DNA from: Bdellovibrionales bacterium
GTDB lineage: Bacteria > Bdellovibrionota > Bdellovibrionia > Bdellovibrionales > UBA1609
Length of the DNA stretch: 64,000 bases
Direction: 5' to 3'
Assembly (NCBI GenBank): GCA_041690295.1
Contig: JAWLHR010000012.1
Location: forward strand, 31,931 to 95,930
Shown here: one piece after another, positions 17,688-27,600 of the stretch
How positions within the stretch are numbered: position 1 is the stretch's first letter
Layout: every line of letters begins with the position of its first letter
Made by a program: the position numbers and the translations under genes
The notes under the pieces: model-generated
Told to the model about the DNA's origin: nothing
Seen by the model: the letters and a program-made list of their open reading frames with translations, nothing else
Databases searched by the model: none

Positions 17688-20084
17688 TTACTTCGCGGTC
17701 TTAATCCGCATTGAGTAGAACGAGCGGTAAACGAAGACCAGACCGATCACGAAGAGCACCACACCGATGGCCTGCGCGATCTCTTGCGCTTCAACCGCGA
17801 TTTCCACAGCGAGCAATCCGAACAAGGTGGTGAACTTAATAATCGGATTCAAAGCCACGCTGGTCGTGTCTTTGAAGGGGTCACCCACGGTATCACCGAC
17901 CACGGTCGCCGCGTGAAGATCAGTACCTTTTTCCTGAATATCGACTTCAACGTATTTCTTGGCGTTATCCCAAGCGCCACCGGCATTGGCCATGAACATG
18001 GCTTGGAACAAACCGAACACGGCGATCGAAACCAGGTAGCTGGCGAAGAATGTCGGATCGAAACACGCGAAGGCCAAGGTCAGCGAGAACAACACGCCGA
18101 AGATGTTCAGCATTCCGCTTTGAGCGTACTGCGTACAGATCTTCACCACTTCCTTGGACTTCTCAACGGACGCGGCTTCCTGGGTGTCCAGACGAATATT
18201 CTTTTTAATGTATGCCACCGCACGGTGAGCACCGGTGGTCACCGCCTGCATGGACGCTCCCGAGAACCAGAAGATCACCGCACCACCGGTGATGATACCC
18301 AACATCACCCGCGGATCCATGAGATCCAGACGCAGATTCAAGAGCAGGATGATGGAGAAAATCATGGTGGTGGCACCGATCACCGCGGTACCGATCAACA
18401 CCGGCTTGGCGGTCGCCTTGAACGTGTTACCGGCGGAGTCGTTTTCTTCAAGTAAGTGCTTACCTTTTTCGTAATTCGGCGTGAAACCGAACTGCTTTTT
18501 GATTTCGTCTTCTTTGACCGTCTCGATGGCCGAAAGCTCGAACACCGACTGGGCGTTGTCGGTCACCGGACCATAAGAGTCAACGGCGATGGTCACCGGA
18601 CCCATACCCAAGAAACCAAAAGCCAAAAGACCGAACGCGAACACGGCCGGATAAACCATGTAAGCATCAAGTCCCAATGTCGAAGTGTAGTACGAGACGA
18701 ACATCAGAGCCACGATCGCGATACCTTTCCAGAACGCGGAAAAGTTACCGGCGACAAGACCCGAAAGAATGGTCAGCGAAGCTCCGCCTTCACGGGACGC
18801 GCTCACGATTTCATTCACGTGGCGAGAATGCGAGCTGGTGAAAATTTTGGTGAATTCGGGAATCAACGCACCCGCCAAAGTTCCGCAGGAGATGATGATC
18901 GAGAGTTTCCACCAGAGGCCATCCGGCAAATAGCCGAGCAACAAGTTGGACACGATGAAGGTCACGGCGATGGAGATCATCGAAGTCAACCACACCAACA
19001 TGGTGAGCGGGTGTTCGAAGTTGAACTTTTTCTGACCGGCGAAAATCGCCTTGGAAATTCCGGAGTTCACCCAGTAGGAGACGATCGAGGTGAGAACCAT
19101 CAAGATCCGCATGGCGAAAATCCACACGATCATTTTGGCTTGGAGATCACCGCCCGTGGACGGATTGATCATCGGACGGCCATCGGGGCCGAAGGTCATA
19201 CCGACCGCCAAAATAATGAAGGAGATCAGCGCCACACCGGTCACGCCGTAGGTTTCAAAGCCGTCCGCCGTCGGGCCGACCGAGTCACCGGCGTTGTCAC
19301 CGGTACAGTCAGCGATCACGCCCGGGTTACGAATATCGTCTTCTTTGATGTTAAAGACGATCTTCATCAAGTCGGAGCCGATGTCGGCGATCTTGGTAAA
19401 AATACCACCGGCCACACGCAAGGCCGAGGCGCCCAACGACTCACCGATCGCGAAACCGATGAAGCAGGCTCCCGCCAATTCCGACGGAACGAAGAGCAGA
19501 ATCACGAGCATCAAGATGAGCTCGGTACAGATCAACAAGACACCGATCGACATACCCGCGCGCAGCGGAATGGCCATGATGTCCCAACCGTTGCCGCCGC
19601 GAAGTGAAGCGAAGGCGGTACGGGAGTTGGCGTAGTTATTAATTCGGATACCGAACCAAGCCACCATGTAGGAGCCGAGAATTCCCAGAACCGACCAAAT
19701 CAAGATCAGAAGCACGCTGGAGAATTCCATGTGCCGGAGCACGAGGAAGTAGTAAATCATCGCGCCGCCGATCAGGACCTCAAGACCGATCAGGAACTTC
19801 CCTTGCTGCAAAAGATAAGTTTTGCAGGTTTCATAAATCAGGTTCGACACATCCAACATTTTCTTATGCGCGGGAAGAGCGCGGATGCGGCTGAACTCAA
19901 ACAAGCCGAACAGCATCCCGAAAATGCAAACCAGAATTCCCATATAAAGGATTGTCGTACCCGACATCACGCCGCCGAAAACATCGAACGGAACATCGAG
20001 ATTGGGCATTTTAAGATCAGCTTCCGACGCGAACGCGGGAAGGCTTAACAATGCCAACGGCAACAGACGAAACAAAATCCCCAT
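17688..20084 (-). CDS. hppA: Membrane-bound ion-translocating pyrophosphatase
   Basis: GGIFTKIADIGSDL, DDIRNPGVIADCTGDNAGD, DNAQ, GNTFKA, GGAWDNAKK, GDTVGDPFKDT. Confidence 0.96.
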   Translation of the reverse strand: MGILFRLLPLALLSLPAFASEADLKMPNLDVPFDVFGGVMSGTTILYMGILVCIFGMLFGLFEFSRIRALPAHKKMLDVSNLIYETCKTYLLQQGKFLIGLEVLIGGAMIYYFLVLRHMEFSSVLLILIWSVLGILGSYMVAWFGIRINNYANSRTAFASLRGGNGWDIMAIPLRAGMSIGVLLICTELILMLVILLFVPSELAGACFIGFAIGESLGASALRVAGGIFTKIADIGSDLMKIVFNIKEDDIRNPGVIADCTGDNAGDSVGPTADGFETYGVTGVALISFIILAVGMTFGPDGRPMINPSTGGDLQAKMIVWIFAMRILMVLTSIVSYWVNSGISKAIFAGQKKFNFEHPLTMLVWLTSMISIAVTFIVSNLLLGYLPDGLWWKLSIIISCGTLAGALIPEFTKIFTSSHSRHVNEIVSASREGGASLTILSGLVAGNFSAFWKGIAIVALMFVSYYTSTLGLDAYMVYPAVFAFGLLAFGFLGMGPVTIAVDSYGPVTDNAQSVFELSAIETVKEDEIKKQFGFTPNYEKGKHLLEENDSAGNTFKATAKPVLIGTAVIGATTMIFSIILLLNLRLDLMDPRVMLGIITGGAVIFWFSGASMQAVTTGAHRAVAYIKKNIRLDTQEAASVEKSKEVVKICTQYAQSGMLNIFGVLFSLTLAFACFDPTFFASYLVSIAVFGLFQAMFMANAGGAWDNAKKYVEVDIQEKGTDLHAATVVGDTVGDPFKDTTSVALNPIIKFTTLFGLLAVEIAVEAQEIAQAIGVVLFVIGLVFVYRSFYSMRIKTAK

Positions 20085-20153
20085 GGAGGTCTCCTCATCA
20101 GGCGAAATTGGAAATTTAAGGTTTATAAATCAGGGCGTAAATTGAGCGAGAAA

Positions 20154-20167
20154 TGACACTGTGTCAA
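20154..20167 (-). promoter_or_regulatory. Palindrome overlapping a TTGACA -35 box upstream of hppA
   Basis: TGACAC-T-GTGTCA; the minus strand reads TTGACA. Confidence 0.4.
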
Positions 20168-20206
20168 TTTCCAAGCCCTATGCCGCAACGGGCTAAGAGT
20201 CGGTTT

Positions 20207-21169
20207 TTAAAAAGATGTCCGAAGTTTGGGATCTTTCGCCATCCGCGCGAGCAACTCTTTATTAAGGAAGGCGCAAATCGGACCCTGGCGACCACCGGCC
20301 ACGGGCTCATCATTCAATGAGGAAATCGGCAAAACTCCAAGCGTGGTGCCGACAAAGGCCGCTTCCTTCGCTTTTTTAAGATCCTCAATCCGGACATCGC
20401 CAAGGCGCACGGCTTTTAAACCCAACGTCTTTTGATTTTCTTCAGCCAGCCTCATCACCAACGACACGGTCGTCCCTTTTAAAGTGTAATCAAACTTTGG
20501 CACCACCAACTCAAAGTCCGCCGTAATGATCATCAGATTTTCCGTGGCCCCTTCCGCGAGAACACCCTCCGCGTTCGCGCAAAGCGGGATATCGTAACCT
20601 TGATCGCGGCATTCTTTTTTCATCAACACGTTCTGCAGGTAATTGAGCGATTTGATCCGGCTGTACCAGGGATCCTTGGCCCGCACCGTGCTCAAAAGAG
20701 CGCGACAGCCGTTCGTGTACTTTTCCGCCGGCGGAGAAATCATGCGCGTGATCGCGGCATAAAGCTGGGGCCCCAGTGTTTCCCTTGGATCCGGCGAAAA
20801 ACCTCCCGGCCCGCGTGTCACGTACAAACGTAAAATCCCCGAATCGGCATTACATCGTCTGGCGAGTTCCACGCAGATCGACCGAATTTGATCGATCGAC
20901 CACGGCAGTTCCATACCGATCAAGCGGGCGGAGTTCTGCAACCGGTTCAAATGGGAGTCGAGGTCAAAATAAGCGCGTTCATGAATGCGGGCGGCTTCAA
21001 AAACGCCATCACCGCGATGAAATCCATGATCATCCATCGGCACCGACATCGCCCATGGTTCTTTGAAGTAACCGCCCAACCAGCTCGAATAAAAACCAAG
21101 GTAATTTTGCCAATGAGACTTTGGCTGATCTTTAAGCTTGGAGACCGCGCTTTCCAGTGAATCCCACAT
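20207..21169 (-). CDS. PLP fold-type IV aminotransferase (D-amino-acid transaminase / ADC-lyase-like)
   Basis: DDHGFHRGDGVFE, HLNRL, IKSLNY (PLP Lys), EGATEN, LKGTT. Confidence 0.88.
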   Translation of the reverse strand: MWDSLESAVSKLKDQPKSHWQNYLGFYSSWLGGYFKEPWAMSVPMDDHGFHRGDGVFEAARIHERAYFDLDSHLNRLQNSARLIGMELPWSIDQIRSICVELARRCNADSGILRLYVTRGPGGFSPDPRETLGPQLYAAITRMISPPAEKYTNGCRALLSTVRAKDPWYSRIKSLNYLQNVLMKKECRDQGYDIPLCANAEGVLAEGATENLMIITADFELVVPKFDYTLKGTTVSLVMRLAEENQKTLGLKAVRLGDVRIEDLKKAKEAAFVGTTLGVLPISSLNDEPVAGGRQGPICAFLNKELLARMAKDPKLRTSF

Positions 21170-22074
21170 TATCCTTTTCCTTTGGTCTTGGTCTTGTTCG
21201 GTTTGGCGTTCTTCTCAATATAATCGATGATTTCAGTGGCGACATCAATACCTGTCGCCTGTTCGATGCCCTTCAATCCTGGAGAGGAATTCACTTCGAT
21301 CACGAGGGGGCCACGCCGCGAGCGGATGATGTCGACGCCGGAAATATTCAATCCCATGGCCTGGGCCGCGCTCACTGCGGTTTTTCTTTCTTCCGGCGTG
21401 AGTTTTATGCATTCAGCGGTGCCACCGCGGTGGAGATTGGAACGAAAATCACCTTCTTTCGCCTTACGGCGCATGGCCGCGACCACTCGACCGCCCACCA
21501 CAAAACAACGAATATCCGACCCTTCAGCCTCTTTAATGAACTCCTGGACCAAAAAGTATTCATCGAGATCGCGAAACGCCTCAATCACGCTTTCCGCCGC
21601 TTGCTGGGTTTCGGCCAACACCACTCCTTTGCCTTGCGTCCCCTCGAGGAGTTTGATGACCAATGGCGGGCCGCCCACCAAGCGAATCAGATCGTCGGCC
21701 ATTTTGGTCGAGTGAGCGAATCCGGTGACCGGCATGCCAACACCTTTTCGCGCCAGAATCTGAAGCGCGCGCAGTTTATCCCGGGATCGCGAAATCGCCA
21801 CCGACTCATTCACGCAGTAAACGCCCATCATCTCAAAGTGTCGCACCACGGCCGTGCCGTAAAATGTGACGGAAGCACCGACGCGCGGGATGATGGCGTC
21901 CATGTCGTCGAGGACCTGCATGCGATAGCGAACGCTGGGGCCCTTTGATGTGATATCCATGTAACATCGAAGAGGATCGATGACGAAAATTTCATGGCCA
22001 CGTTTTTGGCCGGCTTCCACCAACCGCTTAGTGGAATACAAGTTGGGGTTTCTCGATAAAACGCCGATTTTCAT
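21169..22074 (-). CDS. rimK: Alpha-L-glutamate ligase (ribosomal protein S6 modification)
   Basis: [40 protein letters not shown]. Confidence 0.96.
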   Translation of the reverse strand: MKIGVLSRNPNLYSTKRLVEAGQKRGHEIFVIDPLRCYMDITSKGPSVRYRMQVLDDMDAIIPRVGASVTFYGTAVVRHFEMMGVYCVNESVAISRSRDKLRALQILARKGVGMPVTGFAHSTKMADDLIRLVGGPPLVIKLLEGTQGKGVVLAETQQAAESVIEAFRDLDEYFLVQEFIKEAEGSDIRCFVVGGRVVAAMRRKAKEGDFRSNLHRGGTAECIKLTPEERKTAVSAAQAMGLNISGVDIIRSRRGPLVIEVNSSPGLKGIEQATGIDVATEIIDYIEKNAKPNKTKTKGKG

Positions 22075-22514
22075 TCTTCACCCCGATTGGGCGACTGAAT
22101 AAAACTGCGCGAGGGGTTAATCAAGAACCGCTTTTTCAAAGCCTGCCGGCCCAAAAGCATTCGAAACCCCATGGGGTCGCGGTTCACCAACGTCACTTCG
22201 ATGGGCCAGCTTTCATCGCCAACCTGAATGCGGGTCAAAATCACCGGCCTTAAGGTGGCATGTCCCAAAGAGCTTTTCACCATCCTCTGCTCGAGCAAAG
22301 GGGCCCGAACCCGCCGGGTCTGGTTCTTTTCAAAATGAATCAGAAAGGAAACCATTGAGGTGCCATCATGACTTTCAAGATACCTGATTTTCGTGGCGTG
22401 AAGAGCGGAAGTGCGCGCGCCGGAGTCGACTTTAACTTTGATTCGCGCGATGCCCAGATCCGGAAGCCCGATCCACTCACGCCAACCAATTATTTTTTGT
22501 TTAGCCTTCCCCAT
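22071..22514 (-). CDS. RimK-associated retropepsin-like protease (RimB / 'ATP-dependent zinc protease' family)
   Basis: [31 protein letters not shown] at 22514 lies downstream of a terminator. Confidence 0.9.
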   Translation of the reverse strand: MGKAKQKIIGWREWIGLPDLGIARIKVKVDSGARTSALHATKIRYLESHDGTSMVSFLIHFEKNQTRRVRAPLLEQRMVKSSLGHATLRPVILTRIQVGDESWPIEVTLVNRDPMGFRMLLGRQALKKRFLINPSRSFIQSPNRGEE

Positions 22515-22532
22515 GCGGCACCGACTATAAAA

Positions 22533-22564
22533 CGAGAAAAGGGGTGGAAACACCCCTTTTCTCG
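22533..22564 (-). terminator. Rho-independent terminator
   Basis: Perfect 14-bp stem CGAGAAAAGGGGTG-GAAA-CACCCCTTTTCTCG followed by TTTT on the minus strand. Confidence 0.8.
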
Positions 22565-22590
22565 CGCAAGATAAACAATCAAGCTAAATG

Positions 22591-22818
22591 TTAGTTCGCG
22601 TCAGCTTCTTGTTTCTTTTTGCCTTTCTTAGCGGCTTTTTTAGTGGCTTTCTTCGCCATCTTTTTGCCTTTCATTTTGGTTTCTTGCGCGGGCGTTTCTT
22701 CACCCATAGCGCCGTCCATCGTCATCTCATCGCCACCGGCCATTGAGTCCATATCGTGCTCTTCGGCGAAGGCGGAAAGGCTGAGCGCGAAGATCGCGGC
22801 TAAAATCATTTTGCTCAT
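22591..22818 (-). CDS. Small secreted low-complexity protein (Met/acidic N-half, Lys-rich C-half)
   Basis: AGGAGG RBS, signal peptide ending SAFA, own terminator. Confidence 0.75.
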   Translation of the reverse strand: MSKMILAAIFALSLSAFAEEHDMDSMAGGDEMTMDGAMGEETPAQETKMKGKKMAKKATKKAAKKGKKKQEADAN

Positions 22819-22934
22819 GGATTACCTCCTTATTTTAAGATCCATATGCATTCGTACCCGTTACGATACATAGAAAATGCTATGGAGAGGGTTCCACTTA
22901 GGCAAAAGCAAAAAGAGCCTAATGCAGAGTATTA

Positions 22935-24089
22935 CTAAAGATACTCTTTTAAACGAATTAAACGCTCCCTTTCCTCGGCCGGGATATGTATCCCGGACGT
23001 ACCGGAATAGCCCGAATAAAGGGAAGCTTCCAACCGGTGATAACATGTCTTGGCGGTGGCTGTCTTAGGCGCTTTTTTCAAACAAGCTTCATAATAACTT
23101 TCATGAAGATTCCATGATCCCAACTCATCGAGAACTTCATAGGCTTTACCCAAAAGGAACATGGCCCGAGCCTGTTCGCCCGGTTGCTTAAGCAACTTAA
23201 AGTTTTGGTGTAACATCGAAGTGGCGCGAAGGTACTCCACGTCACCCGCATGATCCTTCTCGTATTGCTGAATCGAACGCGCCTTCTTGAACCGTTGCTC
23301 GACCTCGTTGAATAGCTCTTTGGCGTTTCGAAACGAAGTTCGCTTCTTTTCCTTTGACCAATCGCGCAACGATTTTCTCCATCCCTCCCCTTGTTGGGCG
23401 ATATAATAGGGCGTGGTGGATCGCTCCAGGATTTGGTCCAGTTCTCGAAGCGCTCGCCCTGGTGAGTTTTCCACCCGGATCATCAACGCCAGATACCGGC
23501 GGAGCAGGGATTCAAAGTCGAACGCATAAGTCTTTTGGAACTCTTCCGAGTCCAGTAGCGATTCCATGTACTTTAACGCCTCTTCGTATTTACGCGTGGC
23601 TACGAGTAAATCCGCTTTTTCAATCGGCGCGAGATTAAGATTTCGTATTTCACCCAAATCCCAAGCCGCCGCGCCCCCAACAGGAGTCACCGAGTGACAA
23701 CGGAAACAATGATTCAAAGTGCCTTTGGTCACACTCCGGGAGTAGTCCGCAAGCCCCACTTGCAGACTGAACGCGGCCCGGTTGAGATCTTCTCTGAGAT
23801 TCTTCAGCGAGTATTCGATCAGCAAATCATCGCCGATGAACGCCTCACCGGCTTTCGTCGGAACTTGGTGGGCGGCTTGGGCGAATTCACTGAGCAAGCC
23901 CACGATCTTTTCGCGGTTTTTCGGATCCGTGTAAGCCTTTCCGTCGTAGATGTAGGGAAGAAGTCTCTTCACATCCGAGGCCATGCTCTGCATCTGGCCG
24001 GGCCAGGTTTTCCCCGCCTCTGGTTTACTCTTTTGGGTTTTGCATCCCGCGATGGAGATCACCAATAAAACAACGGCCGCGAACTTCAT
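22935..24089 (-). CDS. Lipoprotein with a single c-type heme motif and TPR-like helices
   Basis: IAGC lipobox; CFRCH; helical repeats; ATG at 24089 with GAAGGA RBS. Confidence 0.7.
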   Translation of the reverse strand: MKFAAVVLLVISIAGCKTQKSKPEAGKTWPGQMQSMASDVKRLLPYIYDGKAYTDPKNREKIVGLLSEFAQAAHQVPTKAGEAFIGDDLLIEYSLKNLREDLNRAAFSLQVGLADYSRSVTKGTLNHCFRCHSVTPVGGAAAWDLGEIRNLNLAPIEKADLLVATRKYEEALKYMESLLDSEEFQKTYAFDFESLLRRYLALMIRVENSPGRALRELDQILERSTTPYYIAQQGEGWRKSLRDWSKEKKRTSFRNAKELFNEVEQRFKKARSIQQYEKDHAGDVEYLRATSMLHQNFKLLKQPGEQARAMFLLGKAYEVLDELGSWNLHESYYEACLKKAPKTATAKTCYHRLEASLYSGYSGTSGIHIPAEERERLIRLKEYL

Positions 24090-24164
24090 AAATCCTTCTT
24101 TCGTCATTGTGCGAACACGCACTCAACGTTTACCATTTTAGAAAGTTTGGGGAGGAAAAAGCAA

Positions 24165-25055
24165 ATGAGCAATGCGCTGAATCTCGGCCGTTTGATTTTT
24201 GTCCTATTTTTAGTTTCCTGCGCCAGCGTTAAAACATTCCACATGGGGGACACAACGGACCAGTTGGCGAAAGCCCATGCCAAATCCGAGGAAATCCTTA
24301 CCCATAGCGAAGAAGATTTCCGCCAAAAGAAAGATTTGATGGACAATCTGGCTAAAGCCAAAAGTTCGACCTTCAAAGAATCCGAACAGGACCTCAAAGA
24401 ACGCCTGAAACGAATGCAATCCCATCTGCAGTCCGCGCAAAGCCATCGTAAATTGATGGCGGAGACTCTAAATGAAGTCGAAAATCTCGCCCGCCAACAT
24501 AAGAAAATCCCCGGCGACCAGCCCGAGTATGCGAAGGTCGAGGGCTACGTGGGCCTGTTCGAAAAAGCCACGCAGGATTTCAACGCCGCCATCGCCGATT
24601 ACTCGCGGGAGAGCAATTCCTTCGCCACCGAAGTCGCCAACCGAAAACTCTTTTTTAACTTCGAGGCCGGCGCCTTCGCCGAAAAATTGCGAAAAAGCAT
24701 CGCTTCGGGCCAAACTCAAGCCGCCACCCAGGCCCAGGAGCTGAGTCGCGCGCAAAATATCTTGGAAAGTTTCGAAAGTGGCGACGCCCGTCTGGCGGCG
24801 GAACAGCTCCATCACCAAATGATCACGGCGTCCAAGCAACATGAAGCGAAGTTAACTGAACTTAAGGATTTACAATCCCAGTTTCTTAAAGTGACGGGGA
24901 ACCAGGCGAAAGTGCCAAGCACCTCACCTCACTGGAAGGAAATTCAGCGATTGGTCACGGAGTTGGATCGCGCCAGTCTGGCGTTGGGGGAAATGAACAA
25001 GGAGTTCAAAACCAAAGCGGATCGCTTTCGCCAAACGGTTAAAGGGACTCCCTAG
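24165..25055 (+). CDS. Coiled-coil lipoprotein of unknown function
   Basis: LVSC lipobox; heptad-rich helical sequence. Confidence 0.7.
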   Translation: MSNALNLGRLIFVLFLVSCASVKTFHMGDTTDQLAKAHAKSEEILTHSEEDFRQKKDLMDNLAKAKSSTFKESEQDLKERLKRMQSHLQSAQSHRKLMAETLNEVENLARQHKKIPGDQPEYAKVEGYVGLFEKATQDFNAAIADYSRESNSFATEVANRKLFFNFEAGAFAEKLRKSIASGQTQAATQAQELSRAQNILESFESGDARLAAEQLHHQMITASKQHEAKLTELKDLQSQFLKVTGNQAKVPSTSPHWKEIQRLVTELDRASLALGEMNKEFKTKADRFRQTVKGTP

Positions 25056-25680
25056 GTTCAATGACTTGCTTTTTTATACCGTAAACGATTTCCTCGATCA
25101 CCGGGCCGAAACTTTTTTCACCTGACACCACCCGGTCGGCGAATTTGCGGCTCGGTTCCACGAAAAGATCATGCATGGGTTTGACGTGTTTCGTGAATTG
25201 TTCGATCACGCCTTCCTTGGTGCGGCCGCGTTCGCGAGTGTCACGCTCAAGCCGGCGGCGAAAACGGAGATCTTCTTGCGTGTCGACGAAAATGGAGAGG
25301 TCAAACTGCATACGGACTTCACTTTGCGCCAGCACCAAGGTGCCATCCACCACAACAACCGGTCGGCAGGGAAAGAAGATTTTCTCCATCAGCCGTCGAT
25401 GGGTGCAAAAGTCATAACGAGGCACCCAAATGTCATTTCCAGCTTTGAGTTCGGTGAGATGCTGAACCAAGAGTTCAAATTCCAACGCGTCGGGATGGTC
25501 GAAGTTCACAGACCCGCCATCATGATCAAAGTACTCGTGCAAATCGCGGTAATAACTGTCTTGCGCTAGAATTCCGCAAAAACCTTCGCCCAAATGAGCC
25601 TGGAGCATGCGGGCCAAGGTGCTTTTTCCGGAGCCGCTTCCACCCGCAATTCCAATGGTCATCGTGGCCGAGTGTTTCAT
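25039..25680 (-). CDS. udk: Uridine kinase
   Basis: GIAGGSGSGKST, QDSYY, NFDHPDA, RRLERDTRERGR, VKPMH. Confidence 0.95.
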   Translation of the reverse strand: MKHSATMTIGIAGGSGSGKSTLARMLQAHLGEGFCGILAQDSYYRDLHEYFDHDGGSVNFDHPDALEFELLVQHLTELKAGNDIWVPRYDFCTHRRLMEKIFFPCRPVVVVDGTLVLAQSEVRMQFDLSIFVDTQEDLRFRRRLERDTRERGRTKEGVIEQFTKHVKPMHDLFVEPSRKFADRVVSGEKSFGPVIEEIVYGIKKQVIEPRESL

Positions 25681-25722
25681 AAACTCCAACCTAGAAAATT
25701 TAAATGCTGCGTGTCAAACACT

Positions 25723-27294
25723 TTAGAAGCCCGTGATCCTGAATTCCAAATCCGGGTTTTCCCGTTTGAGCCAATTCAGATCCCATTCCTTCTCTAAAAG
25801 AACAACAGGCCGCTCATGGTCGTCCATATAGAGCTTGGCGCCGCCATTGATCGATTTTGGCGGTTGTCCGTCTTTTGTTATGGGCCAGCGGGCCACGGTG
25901 TATGGCAAGCGATCAAGCCGGACATCCAATTGATATTCATCGGTCAGCCGGAACAACAGCACATCGAATTGCAGTTCACCAACGACACCCACGATCGGGT
26001 CCTGCTTGCCGATCAACGGATCAAAAAGAAGCTGAATGGTTCCCTCTTCGGCCAATTGTTGCACGCCTTTTTGCAAGGTCTTTCTCTTTAAAGGATCCTT
26101 GATGCTCAAGCGCCCGAAAATTTCCGGTGAAAACCGTGGGATGGGATCAAATTGCAAATCCTTACCCTGAACGATCGTGTCGCCGATTTGGAAATAACCG
26201 GTATCAATGATTCCCACGATGTCGCCGGCGAAGGCCACATCCACGGTCTCTCGCTCGCGCGCCAAAAACTGATTGGCATAAGACAGCCTGAGTTCGCGAT
26301 CCAGCCGCGGATGGCGAACCTTCATGCCCCGCTCGAATTGGCCGGAGCAAACGCGAACAAACGCCACTCGGTCCCGGTGTTTGCGATCCATATTGGCCTG
26401 AATTTTAAACACGAACCCCGTGAAGTTTTTGTCGGTGGGATGCACGGTTCCGGCGGTGGAATTTCTCGGCGCGGGCGGCGGCGCATGGGCCGCGAACAAA
26501 TCCAAAAAGATGTCCACTCCCCAGTTGTGCTTGGCGCTTCCGAAAGTCATCGGCGACACTTCGCCATTTAAAAATTCTTCCGTGCTGAACTCGCCGATCG
26601 CCAGCTCCAGAAGCTCCATCTCTTCCTGCAATTGGTTGAAAAATTCCTCGCCCACTTTTTCTTTGATCAAGGGATCCTGCCAACCTTGAACGGGCACGAC
26701 ATCCGCCGCTTCCTCACCTCGTTTGTAAAGTAGGAGTTCTTTACGAAGCCTATGGTAGAGGCCTTTAAAGCGATCGCCCATGCCGATCGGCCACGTGACG
26801 GGATAGCATTTAATCCCCAGCGTGGTTTCCACGTCATCGATCAGGGCCAGCGGTTCTTTACCTTCGCGGTCCATCTTGTTGGCGAAGGTGAAAATCGGAA
26901 TCTTACGCAAGCGACAGACTTCATAAAGTTTGCGAGTCTGTGACTCCACACCTTTGGCGGCGTCAATCAACATGGCCGCGCAATCGGCGGCGATCAGGGT
27001 GCGATAGGTGTCCTCACCGAAATCTTTGTGACCTGGCGTATCGAGCAAATTGACCCTTAAGCCCTTATAATCGAACTGCATCACGCTTGAGGTGATTGAA
27101 ACCCCACGCTGTTGCTCCAGGGCCATCCAATCCGAAGTGGCTTTCTTGGTGCCGGTCTTGCCGTGGACCTCCCCGGCCTCACGGATCACCCCGCCCAGCC
27201 AGAGGATTTTTTCGGTAATTGTGGTCTTACCAGCGTCAGGGTGGGAGATAATGGCGAACGTCCGCCGACGCAGTACTTCGTCTTCAAAGGTCAT
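25723..27294 (-). CDS. prfC: Peptide chain release factor 3
   Basis: RRRTFAIISHPDAGKTT, DTPGH, NKMD, FKIQANMD. Confidence 0.97.
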   Translation of the reverse strand: MTFEDEVLRRRTFAIISHPDAGKTTITEKILWLGGVIREAGEVHGKTGTKKATSDWMALEQQRGVSITSSVMQFDYKGLRVNLLDTPGHKDFGEDTYRTLIAADCAAMLIDAAKGVESQTRKLYEVCRLRKIPIFTFANKMDREGKEPLALIDDVETTLGIKCYPVTWPIGMGDRFKGLYHRLRKELLLYKRGEEAADVVPVQGWQDPLIKEKVGEEFFNQLQEEMELLELAIGEFSTEEFLNGEVSPMTFGSAKHNWGVDIFLDLFAAHAPPPAPRNSTAGTVHPTDKNFTGFVFKIQANMDRKHRDRVAFVRVCSGQFERGMKVRHPRLDRELRLSYANQFLARERETVDVAFAGDIVGIIDTGYFQIGDTIVQGKDLQFDPIPRFSPEIFGRLSIKDPLKRKTLQKGVQQLAEEGTIQLLFDPLIGKQDPIVGVVGELQFDVLLFRLTDEYQLDVRLDRLPYTVARWPITKDGQPPKSINGGAKLYMDDHERPVVLLEKEWDLNWLKRENPDLEFRITGF

Positions 27295-27366
27295 TGGCTT
27301 CGAGTAACGTTTTTGCCGCAAAAAGACAAGATGACATGGAGTTAGGCCTCATTTAATGTCGAGGCG

Positions 27367-27600
27367 ATGGCGGACAAGACCAATAAATTCCCCGACAACA
27401 TTCCGGGTCGGTATTATGTGGACAAGGAATGCATCGCCTGTGATGCGTGCGTACTCGCGGCGCCGGATCACTTTAAAATGCATGATGAGGATGGCCACGC
27501 GTTCGTCATCAAACAGCCGACCACCGAAGAGGAAGAAGAGCGCTGTAAGGAAGCCATGGAAGGATGCCCGGTCGAGGCCATCGGAAACGACGGCGACTAG
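27367..27600 (+). CDS. Ferredoxin (single 4Fe-4S cluster)
   Basis: CIACDAC…GCPVEAI. Confidence 0.92.
   Translation: MADKTNKFPDNIPGRYYVDKECIACDACVLAAPDHFKMHDEDGHAFVIKQPTTEEEEERCKEAMEGCPVEAIGNDGD

Noticed and set aside
18456..19607. 383-aa plus-strand ORF (also 17784-18455)
   Set aside because: Antisense shadow of hppA; no motifs, explained by codon bias.
21157..21948. 263-aa plus-strand ORF
   Set aside because: Antisense shadow of rimK.
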